DNA of 64,000 bases, taken from Halocafeteria seosinensis (Eukaryota). The DNA lies in the NCBI GenBank assembly GCA_001687465.1, contig LVLI01000101.1:62001-126000 (forward strand). Reading direction: 5' to 3'. How positions within the stretch are numbered: the stretch's first letter is position 1; each line of letters opens with the position of its first letter. The position numbers and the translations under genes were made by a program. The notes beneath the pieces were generated by a model, which was not told the origin of the DNA, made no database searches, and saw only the letters and a program-made list of their open reading frames with translations. Below are positions 62,661 through 64,000 of the stretch, piece by piece.

Positions 62661-63055
62661 ACAAATGTATGTAATGCACCCGACTGTGGGAAGCTGTCGA
62701 AAATGCGCTGCCCCACGTGTAAGAAATTGGTATCCCTGGCGGGTAGGAAACGTTGGCGAGGAATCGAGATAGCCAATTGGCTACTTAATGTCTGTCCGTC
62801 TTCTTCCTTTGTGGCCAGTGGTAAACCAGCTACTGCATACTACACCCAATGTACCCCACTATGCGCCCAACAAAGCTATAGGTAAAATGAGACCAGGACA
62901 CACCTTCACCATAGGACCAATGTAATGATTAATGCGGGATCGCCAAATGATTCGCAGACAACTGGACAGCTGCAACAGTAGATGGCAAACGCTCAGCACA
63001 ATCTGAGCATTCTTTTCTGGTCATTGAAAACGGAATGGAAATTCTGACAGCCTGA
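62661..63055 (+). pseudogene. Methionine aminopeptidase 1 tandem pseudogene with a large internal deletion
   Basis: [23 protein letters not shown] copies the zinc finger of the downstream gene, then frameshifts. It jumps to [29 protein letters not shown] and, after another frameshift, [18 protein letters not shown]...EILTA*. Confidence 0.9.
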
Positions 63056-63317
63056 TCTGGAGATCCTAGAGATCACATGGGGTGATCAGAGGCTAAAACT
63101 TCCAAGAGTTGGAAAACCAGTGCAATGCAAGAAAAGATTGCTTGAATATTACAATTGCTCATCATGCCTAGTGGAAAATTCTGTGGCGCATCGGTAATAC
63201 ATATTTATGTCATTTGCACTAGCGTATATTGTCTAACTGTCTCCGTCGCATATCAGAAAGTGCTGATTTGGACAGCCAAGTCTTCAGCCACCAGTACTGA
63301 CGCAGCATTTGGGTACA

Positions 63318-64000
63318 ATGAGCGCTACAGAAGCCTCACACGCCTCTGAAGAGGCGTCCACAGGGGCATCGTCTGGATCAACAAACGTGTGTAATACTCC
63401 GGGTTGTGGGAAGCCGTCCAAAATGCGCTGTCCCACGTGTAAAAAGCTTGGAATTCCAGGGGGGTACTTCTGTGAACAAGAATGTTTCAAGAACTATTGG
63501 CCTTCCCAGTACGTGTATTCAGTGGAATGACGCCCCGATAGGTCGAAGTCTACGGTATGCATGAAGTTTACGTTGTGTTGGAGTGCTTATGCTGTTCCTG
63601 CAGTAAAGTGTTGCACAAGAAATTCAAAGACGCCGTCAAGCAGTACCAGAATTCGGCGATGATGGATGACAAGACGGCAAGGTAAGCCTCCATGTTGCAA
63701 TATATGTATATCGAACTCGGTATTGACATGCTCACAATGGTATTCAGACGTATGCGAAAAGGGACATTTGAAGACTACGAGTTCACCGGCCCACTACGAC
63801 CTGGCAACGTGTCAACGCAATTGACTGTGCCTGACCATATTGGGAAGCCGGACTATGCTGAAGACTGTGAGTGTGCTTTCTTCCTTGATACTCGACCAAA
63901 TGCGTGCGTGAACTATATCTATGGTATCTTCAGCTATTCCCGATGGAGAACTTGCTTTGCGAGGGAGCACCAAGATCCATACAAACTCAGAGGAGGAAAT
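63318..64000 (+). CDS. METAP1: Methionine aminopeptidase 1 (3' end outside window)
   Basis: Zinc finger C..C..CPTC...[27 protein letters not shown] and [11 protein letters not shown]. Three introns in the window. Confidence 0.96.

Overview
Gene-dense window of a compact eukaryotic nuclear genome. It holds about 29 protein genes plus one pseudogene, with short canonical GT-AG introns (mostly ~55-85 nt) and some convergent genes whose stop codons are only 17-34 bp apart. NME7 implies centrioles or flagella. A mitochondrial-presequence PHGDH is compatible with a stramenopile protist (inference only). Recognisable genes include SRP54, NME7, PHGDH, FCP1, TTC36, RAB3GAP1, a Rac GTPase, TAF8, RPN2, STOML2, PSMG2, a ZFAND2-like protein, MYBBP1A/Pol5, PRPF3, COA6, a class-B DnaJ and METAP1. 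A deleted METAP1 tandem pseudogene lies just upstream of METAP1. The most unexpected signals are RNA-structural. (1) The 333-nt first intron of DnaJ folds into a nested multi-helix structure whose non-canonical pairs are G-U on the sense strand. (2) The other oversized introns I found (STOML2, RPN2, TTC36) also carry internal hairpins that bring their unpaired length back towards the window's usual intron size. (3) A densely folded ~270-nt element follows the stop codon of a membrane-anchored cold-shock-domain protein. All pairings were found by eye; no folding software or database search was run.
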